Assembly (NCBI RefSeq): GCF_020745735.1
Contig: NC_083405.1
Coordinates: forward strand, 76,350,345 to 76,414,344
DNA: 64,000 nucleotides
Direction: 5' to 3'
Source: Hemiscyllium ocellatum
Lineage: Eukaryota
The position numbers and the translations under genes were made by a program. Position 1 is the first letter of the stretch. Each line of letters starts with the position of its first letter. This document shows positions 37,470 through 50,438 of the stretch, piece after piece. The notes beneath the pieces are model-generated. The model was not told where the DNA came from. It did no database searches and was given only the letters and a program-made list of their open reading frames with translations.

Positions 37470-39740
37470 GGCGATGGCCTAGGTGGTATTATCGCTAGAC
37501 TGTTAATCTAAAACTCCCATACTATTCTGAGGGTTGGATCTGAATCCCATTGTGGTGAAATATGAATGAAATAAATATCTGAAATTAAGCATCTAATTGA
37601 CCATGAAACCTATCTTGTTCACTAATGTCCTTCTGGGATGTAAATCTGCCATCCTTACCTGATCTGACCTACACATGGCTCCAGACCCACAGCAATGCGA
37701 TTAATTCTCAACTGCCCTCTGAAATGGCTGAGCAAGCCACTCAGTTGTACCAATCATTATAAAGTCTCAAGAAAGCAATGAAACTGGACAGATGACTTGA
37801 TATTAACCTAGACATCAGGAAAGACTACAGCAGAAACAGCTGCAAACAATGCTGCAAAGTCCTTTTTACTAATATCTGAGGATTAGTGCCAAAATTGGGA
37901 GGGTTTTCTCGCTGACTAATCAAACAACAGCTTGACTTAGTCATATTCATGGAATCATTCCTCACGCACAATGTCCCAAACACCACCGTCACCATCTTAG
38001 GTATGTCCTATCCTACTGGAAGGACAGACCCCACAGAGGTGACGACACTTTGGTATAGTCATGAGAGTGTAGCCCTGGGAGATTTCAACATTAACTCAAT
38101 GATTTCAACGTCCACCACCAAGAGTGGTTCAGCAGTAGCACTACTGATTAAGCTGCTGATGTCCTCAAGGAAATAGCTGCTAGATTGGGTCTGCAGCTAA
38201 TTACGAAGGAAACAAGTGGGAAAAACATACCTGACTCATCCTCACCAACTTGCCAGCTGCAGATGCATCTGGCCATAACAGTATGAGTAAGAACGGCCAC
38301 CATTCCTTGTGGAGACAAAGTTCCACCTTCACATTGCGATGTGTGGCATTATCTTGAACTCAAGATTTGGCATCCATGATGCTCAGTAACAGCAGCAGAA
38401 TTGTATTCCAACACACGGAGCCATTGCCATCAATCCGGGGGATCAACCCTGGTTCAATGAAAAGTGCAGGAGATCATGCCAAGAGCAGCACCAAGGCTTA
38501 TTTAAAATTGAGGTATCAACCTGGCGAAGCCACTTAACAAGATTACGCACATGCCAAATGGCATAAGCAACAAGTGATAAAACTGAGCTAAGTGATCCCA
38601 CAATCAATAGATCAGATCCAAGCTCTGCAGTCCTACCACATCCAGGTGTGAAAGGTGGTGGACAATTAAACAACTCAGTGGCTCCACAAATATACCCAAT
38701 CTCAATGATGGAAGAGCCCACCACATCAGTACAAAGGATAAGGCTGAAACATTCACAGGAATATTCACTGAGGAATGCAGAGTGGATGATCCATCTCTGC
38801 CTCCTCCAGAGGTCACTAGCATCACAGATATCTGTCTTCAGCGACTTCAATTCACTCCATGTAGTATCAAGAAACAGTTAGGGACAATGGATACTGCAAA
38901 GGTTATGGGCCCTGAAAACACTCCAGCAATAGCAATGAAGACTTGTGTACCAGAACTTGCCGCTCCTTTAGCCAAGCTCTTCCAGTATAGATACTACACA
39001 GACAACATGGAAAATTGCCCAGGTATGTTCTGTACACAAAAAAAAGGGACAAATCCAACGCAGCGAATTACTACTCATCTGAAATGTAATGGAAGATATC
39101 ATCAACAGTGCTATCAAGCAGCATCTGCTCAGCAATAACCTGCTCAGTGACGTCCAGTTTGGGTACAGCCAGGGTCAATCAGCCCCTGATCAGATCACAG
39201 CCATGGTTCAAACATGGACAAAAGGGCTGAGTTCCAGAGATGAGAAGAAAGTGACAGCCCTCGATATCAAGGCCGCATCTGACCAAGTGTGGTATCAAGG
39301 TTCCCTGGCAAAACCGGAATCAATGGGAATCAGACAGCAATCTCTCCATTGGTTAGAGACATACTTGCTACATAGGAAAATGGTTGTGGTCGTTGAAGGT
39401 CAGTCATCGCCACTCCAGGACACTTTTTCAGGAGTTCCATAAGGTAATGTTCTAGTCCCAACTATCTTCAGCTGCTTCATCAACACCCTTCCCTCCATTA
39501 TAAAGGTCAGAGTGGGATGTTTACCAATGATTGCACAATATTCAACACCATTCACAACTCCTCAGATACTGAAGTAGTCCATGTTCAAAAGCAACAAGAT
39601 CTGCACAACATCTAAGGTGGACTGAAAAATGGCAAATAACATACATACATACAAATACCAGGCATTGACTATCTCCAAAAACAGACAATTTAACCACTGC
39701 TCCTTGACATTCAGTGAATCCTCTATTAACATCCTGGGGG
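37470..39740 (+). mobile_element. Decayed CR1-group LINE with tRNA-like SINE head, in HACL1 intron
   Basis: SINE-like 37470-37745, then EN (ESFL, GDFN), PWFNEKC, K..GP.N.P...KTC.PELAAPLAKLFQ, QFG..QG.SAPD, ALDIKAA.DQVW, GVP. Confidence 0.75.
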
Positions 39741-40469
39741 TTAATTACGAATAATTAGGAACACATTCTACAACCACTGAGACAGAGAAGGCTGCATCAG
39801 GAGCACCCAACTCAGCTTCCACACAATAAGTTGCATCCTACCAACTTGTTTGAATATTTTGAAGAAGTTGAGGAATGAAGGCAAGGAACCAACGAAGGCT
39901 AAAACATAACATGACCCCTTGTCAATTCATTTCTAGAGTCTCCTAAAATGGATCCCACTGTTTCACTCACTCCTCATCATCTTTCATCTTCAAGTCTGAA
40001 GCAGCTAAGGATGTTATGCCAACATTTAACTTTTCTTAAAATATGCTCAAGCAAAATGAAATGTAGATGATTTGTTTCCTACACATTGCCAAATTTTGCA
40101 TTGCATGTAATCCAAGAGAAATGGAAATAAGAATATAATGCTTTATTTATTTCAATACATTTGTAAGTTTCATTCTCACAAATGAGAGTAGTAGGATGAT
40201 ACACAGATCATCGTTATCTTCTTCCACAATTCAGTGAGGTGCTCTCTCATCAGAGAGGTGACTGTTGGTGATTGAACCTGAGGGTCACCCCACCTCAGGC
40301 AAGGAGAGAGGTTGAGAAGGAAAGTCCTCCCTGGCAATCTCAGTCAGTATGAGAATTGAAACTACACTTTTGGCATCACTCAGCATCGTAAACTAGCTGT
40401 CCAGCCAAGTGAGCTAACCGACACTCCCACTGCCCGACAATTCACTGCACACCTCTGAAGAGAAAAGAG

Positions 40470-41492
40470 ACAAAAGAACTGCAGATGTGGGAATCCAAGG
40501 TAGACAAGCAGGAGGCTGGAAGAACACAGCAAGCCAGCAGCATCAGGAGGTGGAGAAGTCAACGTTTTGGGTGTAACCCTTCTTCAGGATTGGGATGGGT
40601 GTAAGAGGAACTGCAGAGAAGGGAGGGTTTTGGGTGGCAAGAAGGGCTGAGTAGTGAGGTAGAGATAGGTGAACATAGATAGAGGGTACAGCCTGCTTGG
40701 TCAATGGGAGGAATGAATCTAGTTGGTAGCTGGAAGGAAGGATCAGTCAGAGGAATGGAAGGGATGAAAAGGGGATGGGAAGGGATATTATTTGAAATTG
40801 GAGAACTCTATGTTGAGTCCTCTGGGCTGCAGGTTGCCCAGGTGGAAGACGAGGTGTTGTTCCCTCAATTTGCGGTCTGATTCACTGTGGCAATGGAGGA
40901 GGCTGAGAATGGTCATGTCACAGAGAGAATGGGAAGGGGAATTGAAATGCACAGTGACTGGGATACAGTATCTGGTGTTCTCAATGTGACCTTCTCAACA
41001 TCGGTAAGATCAAACATAAACGAAGGGTAGGTTTCCCTCTCCAACATGACCATCCTTGACCTCCTCCATTGCCACTGAGAATCAGACCACAAATTGGAGG
41101 AAGAATACCTCATCTTCCACTTGGGCAGCCTACAGCCCAGAGAACTCAACACTGAGTCGTCCAATTTTAAATAGCCCCTTCCCATTCCCTACTCCCTTTC
41201 CAACTGCACATCCTCCCTTCCATTCCTCTTAGACTGAACCTTCCTTCCAGCTACCAACCAGATTCATTCCTCCCATCGACCAACCAGGTCATACCCTCTA
41301 TATGTGTTCACCAATTCCTACCTCACCACTCAGCTCTTCTCTCCACCCAAAACCCCACAACCCCCCTTTATCTGCAGCTCCCCCCTTACACCCACCTTTA
41401 GTCCAGAAGAAGGGTTACATCTGAAACGGTGACTTCTCCACTTCTTGATGCTGCCTGGCTTGCTGTGTTTTTTCAGCCTCCTGCTTGTCTAT
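40470..41492. mobile_element. Head-to-head inverted Penelope-like element 3' ends with 16-bp TSD
   Basis: TCTGAAGAGAAAAGAG at 40454-40469 and 41493-41508. Arms of about 450 bp are mutual reverse complements and encode a GIY-YIG C-terminus (KLEEEYLIFHLGSLQPRELN). Degenerate hammerheads at 40558-40587 (minus) and 41403-41431 (plus). Confidence 0.85.
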
Positions 41493-42359
41493 TCTGAAGA
41501 GAAAAGAGGTCTGATCATAGACACAATACAAGATAAATAGGTGGTATGTAAAATCACCAGGCCATGCAAGGATCTACATCTGAATGGAGCCCAGCCAAAT
41601 GGAAGAGTAACTGATTTCACTGAACATCCATTTTAAAGAAAATCACATGAAGTGATTCTTAACAGTCATAGACAAACATCAATTTAGAACTAAAAGGTAA
41701 CAACCTATAGCTCACCATTTGATATACAAATCATACTAACATCTCAGAGGGTGTGAAAAAGAAAACATTCAACCTAAAACATCAGAACGTATATTTATAC
41801 AACGGCTTTAATTGTTACCGAGAAAATACTTGTATATTATTGAGATTATTTATTAAGGAATAAGAGACGACAAGCCATGGAATACTCAGCTGCCAATAAA
41901 GCAAAAAGAGAAATAAGCAAGCCCTGTAATGTTAGTGGCCTGGAATAATAGCTTCATTATCAAAAAGGCACTTCAGCTAGGCAAAGAACAAACTGCACCT
42001 CCTATAAACAAATCACACTTAGAAACAGAGCTTTGCTTTATACCCTCCAGATGAAAATCTAACAATCAAGGCCTTGGTTTAGTAAAACTTCATTTAGTAA
42101 AATTTGTTGCACAAACACCCACTGATATCCCAGCCCAAAAGAAATCATTGATATCAAATAATTGTTTTTTTTATGAAAATAGATGAATCAAGACTCTCAT
42201 TAACAATGTGGGTCTTGTTCTGTGATCAGCAATGTGAACTCCCTCAATAGTTTACTGTCATTACGGTCCAGCACCTGCTGCTCTTGCAGCATCAGCTGTA
42301 GCTCACATTGTAGTCAGTGGAAACTCCAGTCGCTCTGTATGCTGTCATTTTGACTGAGG

Positions 42360-42705
42360 GGCAGTGGACGTGATCTATTTGGATTTCCAGAAGGCTTTTG
42401 ACAAGATGCTGCACAGGAGGCTGCTAAATAAGAGCCGATTGTATAGGAGCAAGGTCCTGGCATGGATAGAGGATTGGCTGATGGGTAGAAGGCAGTGGGG
42501 ATAAAAAGACCTTTATCAGGAGGGCAGCCAATGACTAGTGGAGTTCCGCAAGGGTCTGTATTGGGACCACAGCTATTCACATTATACATTAACAATCTGG
42601 ATAAAGGAACTGAAGGCATTGTTGCTAAGTTTGCAGATGTCACAAAGATAGGTGGAGGGGCAGGTAATGTTGAGGAAGTTGGGAGGAAGTGCAGAATGAC
42701 TTGGA
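42360..42705 (+). mobile_element. CR1 RT fragment
   Basis: YLDFQKAFDK, SGVPQGSVLGPQLFTLYIN, KFAD. Confidence 0.85.
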
Positions 42706-43295
42706 AATAAAATGTAATGCTGAAAAACAAATTCACCCCATAAGCGTATGTGTGTGCGCATATAGGAGTGACAGATTGAGTGTGTCCACTTGGGTGTGAG
42801 AGCACGTAATAGAGTGTGTGTGTGTATATGTGTCTGTGTGTAAGTGTGATAGGGTATGTTTGAGATGGTGGGTGTGTTGGTGTAAGTGTGGGAGGCGTAT
42901 GTGTGTGCATATGAGACAGAGCTTGTGTATGAGGGAGGGTCTTCGTGGGTGTGACAGTATGTAGGAGTGTGTGCGCGCACAAGCGAGCATGTGTTCGTGT
43001 ATCGTGCAGTGGGGTCATCTGTAATGTGACATGAACCCACGGTCCCGGTTAAGGCCATCCCATGGGTACCGAACTTTGCTATTAGCTTCTGATCAGCCAC
43101 TCTGTGTTGTTGCTTGCCCTGAAGTCCTCCTTGGAGGACAGTCCTGAAGATCTGAGGCTGAATGTCCCAGACAGTTGACTGTTCCCCGACTAGGAGGGAA
43201 CACTCCTGTCTGTTGATTGTTGTGTGGTGTCCATTCATCCGTTCCCATAGCGTCCACTCAGTCTCGCCAATGTACTATGACTCAGGGCATCCTTG
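42705..43295 (-). mobile_element. Penelope-like element 3' fragment (GIY-YIG endonuclease) with CA-rich tail
   Basis: YIGET..., MNGH..TI.RQECSL.VGE..., LQGGL...Q.R.A.QKLIAKFGTH. Degenerate (CA)n at 42745-43000. Confidence 0.75.
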
Positions 43296-45747
43296 GAGTT
43301 CAAAATTATCAGATCAACTATGATCCAATTGATTGGCAGAGCAGACTTCAGGGTCTACTTCTGCCCTGTGCATTATGTCTTATACATGAGGCCCTTGCTG
43401 GAGTACTCTGAAGGGTTCCATTGGACTGATCAAAGCACTGAAATTGCATCCTCAGAACCTGTATGGTCTGCTAGATGGCTGATTGAATTGCTCTGAGGAT
43501 CCTCTTGAAGTGGACCTCAGGCCCGTCAATGATGTAACTTCAGATTGTGAAACCCCACACCAACCTCCTCTTGATGCCTGAAACAATCCACAGGTTTCGA
43601 TTTTCAGTGTCATGATAACTTCAGGTGCCACATGGTCACCACCTCCCATGGAGGACACTAGCCCTGCATGATGGCAGAGAGACCAGTGATGGCCTCACTG
43701 GAAAAGAGAACCAGTGGAGACAGAGTTGCTTGGACATTTACAGGTAGTTAGGCCTTAGACAGTGGACTCTGTATGGATGACCTGTTTTCAGGATATGGCT
43801 CATATATCCTTCTCCCATATTCTCTTACCTGCTGACCCCAAAGTAGACCCTTTTGTCAGCCTGATGGTGTTCTCCTGTTGCTGGGCAGAAGTCCTCCTTT
43901 CCTCTCTCATACTCCTCAAATGGGCCTCAACCAAACTCAGTCCAAATGATGTCTATGTCAGGTAGCCTCTCAGGTTGCAATGCCTCTAATGCAAAGGCCA
44001 TATCAACAATCCCTTCCCTGCTCATTTCTTGAGCTAAAGCTACAGTGTTCAGAAACACCAGTGGAACATGGTCCATCAGTATTGGCACCTTCATCCTCCC
44101 CTCGACTTTCATTCATCAATGTCCATGTTGTTCCAGCCACAGCCCCTGCTGAATGAAGCCAGCATGAAGCTCCCTCTTGCTTGCTGCCTCCTTTTTCTAT
44201 GTGAAGTCCTGACAGATCGTGATTCTTCAGTGACATTTGGAAAATTAGTCTCAATTGTTTAATTATTTGGCTTAACTACCTTCTTACTCCATTCACCCGC
44301 AATGTCTTCTTGTCATGATAGTTACAATCAGGAATATCTAATCGCACAAAGTAGGGCCAGGATGCATAGGGCTTTCAATTTCTTGATCTTGGTCTACTTT
44401 ACTATACAAAGTTAGAACGTAACATAATCTACAATAAACATCTAATTTATATTCAAAGATCTAGAATTAACCTGAGGTAAATATGGATAATAATAAACTA
44501 TAGCACTGCACCCTGTAGAGTTCAGCAAATAGCAAATAAAGACAAGACAGATCCCTCAGATCTTTTGGCAATGTTCCACATGATGTTAATGACCCTTTGG
44601 TTGTTCAAACCTCATTAAAACTTGACAAGTGATTCCAATTATTTAATTTTTGAAGTTTTGCAATTCTTTATGAAGTACTCCATCACAGATTGTCTCAACA
44701 ACTGCTCATGTTCTGGTATTTCACCTGTCTTTCCTGAGCTTAAATTCCTGTGGATTCTGGGAATTGTTCTCTACCGCTCACTCACAGATATAATTCCAGC
44801 TTTTCACCGACAGCTAGCTTCACCCAGCTAATATTGTCTGTGGAATTTGTTTTCTGAGGTCTACTCATACAATTCCTTCACCTTTCTGATTCTTAAAACA
44901 CAGAACTAGCCAACTATTCTTTGACTTCTTTCTGAATCCCCAACTCCCAGAACCTGTACAGTTTAGTTACCTTCTGAGCAGTCCAGCTGAACAGCCTGCT
45001 TCTGTTGGCCTCTCTCTCAGGCACTCCTGTCCAACCTTAAGGTTTGCACTGCTCTTCAGAGACCCTTGCATTTTTTTTGAGTGGCCTATTGAAAACTTTG
45101 CAACAAGACCATTTTTGTACATAGGTTGATTTGAATGTGGTCACCGAACAACCATTAGAACACTCAGTTCCTGGAATTTTCCATTTCACAGGTCATTTTT
45201 TCTTACACATCAAATAGATACGACTAAAGAAAAGGAATCCATCACAAGGGAAAAAGTGTGTTACAAAGTGTGCATGGATACTATAATATTATTTGACATC
45301 ATTTGTACACAAGCATCCAGACTAATAAATTACTAGAACAAAATAAGAACATGAGCAAATGAAAAAATTCTGCTTAGATAACTAATTTTACAAAAAATTA
45401 TTTTTACTCCACCACCCAGATGTTCCAAAAACAGTAAAGGGTAAAATGAACTAACCTAATCAAGTTCTGACCGATAGCACACCAGTATCTGATACCAAAT
45501 ACTATGTTATGATACCTTTTATTCAACGATCAGTACAAAGCACACAAATATACCTCAGTTTCCATAACTTTGACAAGCTTGGCCATTAGGGAATGTGTTT
45601 GCAATTGGCTTATTATCTTGCAGCCACTTGGACATATTACTGAAATGGAATCAGCTCCAGATACAGTTCTGTACATTCAAAAGGAAGCTTTTGTACTCCA
45701 TCATGCACATTGACATTTATTCACCATTAAAAAGGTTCTTTACTTAC

Positions 45748-45855
45748 ACAATTGCAGCATCCCCTGCTTCTGCCAGCTCTTTCCATGTGTCCTCGTCCAC
45801 TCCACTGTAAATTCCGTTATTGTTTACTACAATTACCACTATTGGCAAACGGTAC
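45748..45855 (-). CDS. HACL1: HACL1 coding exon, 108 bp, phase 2-2
   Basis: cttag|G TAC...ATT GT|gtaagt. Translates [35 protein letters not shown](V). NNNG completes the GD(X)nNN TPP motif. Confidence 0.96.
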
Positions 45856-46609
45856 CTAAGAATTAAAAAAAAATGCTTAGAGGAAGATTATATTCACACG
45901 CACATGGGACAAATGAGAAGGAAATACATAATGAATGGTAGGATCTTGGGAAGCACCAAATTTCAGAGGGACTTTAGCGTGCACGTATACTTGTCCCTGA
46001 AGGTATCAGGAAAGGTGGATAAATTAGAACATCAAAACACACAGCCCAAAGCGGGGGCCCAGATCCAACAAAAGACGTGATTGGAACAGAACCCAAGTAT
46101 TGGACTTGGAGTAAAACCACAGAGAGTTTGTATGATGTGGAGTATAATAACAGGCTACAGTAAGATCCTGTGCACACTGTCTTTATATATGCGACTGTCC
46201 CATGTGTCTTTCATCTTATTTTCTGCTCTGTAGGTTTTATCTATTCTGGAATATGGAAGCTTACTATTCAAAACTAATGATGACTTTCTAGTGTTAGCTT
46301 GATCTGACAAAGATTAAACAAACAATAGTAGGGAATTTCATTGTTACCTGTTACCACACCAAAATAAGTCGGGCAGTGAAACTATCTTCAGTAAGAAGGA
46401 AGCTGGTTAAAATGTGCTGAAGGCACCTTTGAGTCAAAGTCAATATTTGTTTAAATTAGAAATAGTTTACCTGCCATTGGAAACACTCCTTTGAAACAGT
46501 ACCTTTTTTTGAGCACAGGATCTTTCAAAGTACATAACAACCAATTCAGGACATTGCAGTAAAGTAGGGAAACTAAATGGAGAATACCTAAACAGCAAAG
46601 TCTAACAGG

Positions 46610-46726
46610 GCTTATGCTCGAAACGTCGAATTCCCTATTCCTGAGATGCTGCCTGGCCTGCTGTGCTTTGACCAGCAACACATTTTCCGCTGTGATCTCC
46701 AGCATCTGCAGACCTCATTTTTTACT
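46610..46726 (+). mobile_element. Short Penelope-derived repeat with 14-bp TSD, truncated inside hammerhead stem II
   Basis: CAAAGTCTAACAGG at 46596-46609 and 46727-46740. Insert starts gcttatgctcgaaacgtcgaa. Confidence 0.8.
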
Positions 46727-47290
46727 CAAAGTCTAACAGGAAGCAAAGCAACAATTCCAGGTTATGGTTGAGGGTTTGTTTTTGATCTGAACATTGGGAG
46801 AACAGCCCAGATCTTCACCAAATAGTACCACAAGATCTCAGTTTGCACATTCTTAATGAATACATGTAATCTTGAAGCATTTCCTCCCCCGAGCACAAAC
46901 GATAGATCATTTTATCAAGAAATGTTAAGGCTGGCACTTAGTATACCTTTTTGCAGCCATTTCGAGAGGGTGAGCTTGCTATCAGGATTATATGTGAATG
47001 CTGATTCTGATGATGTGTGTCAAAGGTGATCACACTTGCCTGTGTGAACTTTGTGGAAGTGGCCAATTAACAAGATGCCTCTCCGAGCTTTGTCCAAATG
47101 GGACAGTGGATCTACTGCACAGGCAGGAGAACTGAATATCCACCAACGCTGTAGGCAGCTGGCAGCTTCACCAGGAAACTGCTGATATTGGTGCGAAATG
47201 GCAAGGATATCACATGGAGGTGCTCTCCAAGGACAGATTAAGAATGGCAGCAGCTGCCAAGCTATCATTGTGGAAGGCACTGGAATAATA

Positions 47291-47417
47291 CAAAACTGCA
47301 GACACTGAAGATCTGAAACGAAAACAGAAATTGCAGGAGAACCTTTGCACGTCTGGCAGCATCTGCGGAGCGAAAGCAGAGTTAACATTTCGAGTGCAGT
47401 GACCCTTGTTCAGAACT
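47291..47417 (-). mobile_element. Short Penelope-derived repeat beginning at a degenerate hammerhead
   Basis: Reverse complement ctgaacaagggtcactgcactcgaaatgtt...gatgctgccagac. Same family as 29132. Confidence 0.6.
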
Positions 47418-49378
47418 GTGACTGCAGCTGGGGTCGGTACAAATGCAAGGATGTAAAGGAGCAACTGACAGACCACCAGTTTGAGGCTGGGAAACCCTCT
47501 CCACAGCTGACACACACACACTTGCGCTGTTGCAACCAGCCCTTGAGCGTTGCCCTAATTATCTTAATTGGTTGCCCACCTCCACGGAGTAGACAGAGAA
47601 GTCTGGTCCCAATCTGCACCAGGAAAACTCCATTGAGGCGGGAATAAGAGGCAATCTGTCCCAATGCAGCTCCTCCCTATTTTCCTGGCTGGCATCCCAC
47701 CTCCACCCTTTTCTTCCCAGGGCTGATAAAATTAAGCCCTGGGTTTCTGGACTTCCTTTCACTATTTTGTAGTTCGTGCTTTCCTCTCAATTCCTTCACT
47801 GCCACTCTCTCTTTCTGGTGCGAGGGAATTCCTTTTCAAACAGTGCCAGAGTATAATTTTAGAAAGCAATTAACCTTTCGGAACATAGATGTTGCTCATG
47901 CATGCCTGAGGAGCTACGCTGTCACTGAGATATGCATACTTCACTGAATAATTGTGTGCGATCCACCTTCAGAAAATTTGAAAAATAGCATTGCCAGGAC
48001 AACTATATTTTTATCAATAGTAAATATTACACAACCACCCAAGCACCTAACCACCTACAAACATCAGCACTGACAAAATTACAGATGTACACAATTAACT
48101 GGTTGATATTTTGATTTAAAATTATTGTCTCCAAAATTCTATGAACAGCTCACCAATCTGAATAAAAATGTTAACACTATCAGTGGTGCTTCAGTACCTG
48201 TAGTTGCCACAATCGTTTAATGAGTGTTACATAAGCAAAAAAAAATGTTTTCCCAAAATAATAGGAAAATAGACAAGGAAGCAAATTTATTTTAAGAATC
48301 ATAAGCTGCCCGAGTCTCAGTAGGTAAATATGGCAAGACTCGTTTTGTTAAGATTTCAAATCATTTCTTGGTTCCTCCTGATCTTTGCTTGGTTTATAGA
48401 GTGGACAAAGCCTCAGTATCTGAGTCTGAAAGACCAGGAAACAAAGAGGATTCATTTTTCTGCAATGGCTCCCGGTTATACAAAACTGGAAAAAGTGTGT
48501 TGCTGGTGACAATGTGGGATGAATGGGGCCAGGGCATTATCTACCTGGATCTTATAACCAATAAAATAAACATTTGTGTCTTGTCCTTGATTCTGTTCAA
48601 TAAATTGGGGAGGTTACAGAGGAAATGTTCTTTTGATTGGATGGATAGAATTGTTAATCAGCACGGAGGTCCCCAAATCCTTCTTGAGAGCTACTGGCTC
48701 ACAGCCTGAACCTTCTCCCAACAATTCCTTCTCCACCATTCCTATATTCCACTATATGACTGGTTCCACTAGCTGCTGTTGCACACTTTTCACTCCCTTA
48801 TCATCACCTTCTGACTTGACACCGGATCTAAAACTGTCACTTAATAGAGCTGAGCACTTCCAATCAGGGATGGTGAGTGCTGTTCTGATACCAAGTCATT
48901 ATTACCCAAGTTTTCTATTCTCCAATCTCTGTGTCACTGACCCCATATGAAAATCTAGGTCTATCACCTCAGGGACTGAGGAGCAGAGGATTCTAAAGTT
49001 CATTGGATTGATTGATAGAGGTAGCTGTTCATACAACAAACAGCTGCCTCCACTCTTGGGTGCTTTTGGTGAGGTAGGTGCCTCAAATCCAAATGGGCTC
49101 ATTAGAGTTGGTCAGAGCAGGTCAGAATTTTGTGGATACAGTTCAAAACCCAAGATAATCCAAGGTAAAGCACCCATTCAGAAATGTTCTTCAGAAACGT
49201 TTGGGAAGTATCAGGAGCCTTTTTGGACAGGTAAGGTATTCCATGGAGGGAGGTCAGATGCCCTTTGGGATAGTTAAAAGTTGACATGAGTATGTGTAAA
49301 AATCTAAGACCACATTAAAACCATCAAAGTTGTCAAAGAACTGACAAGATGTCAAAGAGCTGTCAAATCTACAAAATA

Positions 49379-49554
49379 CAGAGGAACCTCAATTATCCAA
49401 AAGACATGGACGGGGAGTATTTTGTTTGGATAATTGAATGTTTAGGTAATCGAATGCTGTATAACACAGTTTAGCTAAGCATCGGGACATTGTGATCTTG
49501 TCCAGAAAATCCATAATTCAGATAATCGAATACTGGATAATCAGGATTCCTCTG
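49379..49554. mobile_element. Tc1/mariner-pogo (Tigger-like) MITE with TA TSD
   Basis: TA|CAGAGGAACCTCAATTATCC ... GGATAATCAGGATTCCTCTG|TA. Confidence 0.8.
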
Positions 49555-49667
49555 TAAAAATGAATATTGTTTTTGTTAAAATAATTCCATTTTCAGTTCC
49601 AGTACTGAAGCATACAAACCAATAACAAGGTCTATTCTTTCATACCCTCAGAGGTTTATTGCATTAC

Positions 49668-49826
49668 CTGCATATAGTCTCCACTTCCATGCCAGAAAAG
49701 CCAAAGGCACTGTCTCCTTCAATACAGATAACCCGCTGACGGGGACTCTCATCCTTGGCAATCAGTGCTGCAGCTACAGCAAAACCTAGACCTACACCCA
49801 TGGTGCCGAAGGTGCCAGCATCCAAT
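49668..49826 (-). CDS. HACL1: HACL1 coding exon with start of TPP/Mg-binding motif, 159 bp, phase 2-2
   Basis: ttttag|A TTG GAT...TGC AG|gtaatg. Translates (R)[52 protein letters not shown](R). Confidence 0.97.
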
Positions 49827-49969
49827 CTAAAACAAGATCATCAGAGAGAACTTTTTATAGATTTTGGTTGCAATAATATAAACCAGGCGCAGTTTGAGAA
49901 AATACAAAATGGAAACATGGAAGATGGCCAATTGATGCTTCCCGTCTGTTTTGGTATTCAATGGGAATA

Positions 49970-50084
49970 CAGAGGGACCTCGACTATCCAGCAAGATCGC
50001 AAGATCCCAATGTTTGGCTAAACTATGTTATCTGGCATTCAATTATCCGGAATTCGATTAACTCGGATAATCGAGTTTCCTCTG
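49970..50084. mobile_element. Second copy of the same MITE, opposite orientation, internally deleted
   Basis: TA|CAGAGGGACCTCGACTATCC ... GGATAATCGAGTTTCCTCTG|TA. Internal caagatcgcaagatcccaatgtttggctaaactatgtta is the reverse complement of the internal segment of copy 1. Confidence 0.8.
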
Positions 50085-50438
50085 TACAGTTGATATACAT
50101 CATTACTCCGTCTACCTGTCTTTGGTTTATATACTGATCTATCCTTGTCCAGCAAAATTCTATTGAGATCAGATTTAAGATGATTAATTGGTATCCGCCA
50201 CATTTTAGTGGGAGTGGCTTCTGCACAATTCACATTTCCACCATCCTTTCAATGGAAGTGTGCTTCCTAATTCCGCTATTAAACACCAGGCTGCACAGAG
50301 CTTCAAGATCCACACATGGCACTGGCTCCAGAAGCAGACATCAATGCCATGTTGCAGCTCAGGGCTGCCATCTGACCTCAGCCACTCAACGGCAACGTCC
50401 TGCCTGGCCACAATTAGTGGAAATATGTTTTGACCTTT

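Noticed and set aside
42314-43238. Long minus-strand ORFs of 234 and 218 aa
   Set aside because: They read through a CA-rich tail, antisense CR1 and a frameshifted Penelope fragment. Not genes.
46928-47740. Harbinger-like non-autonomous DNA element with GGGCT termini
   Set aside because: Terminal similarity is too degenerate and there is no clear TSD.
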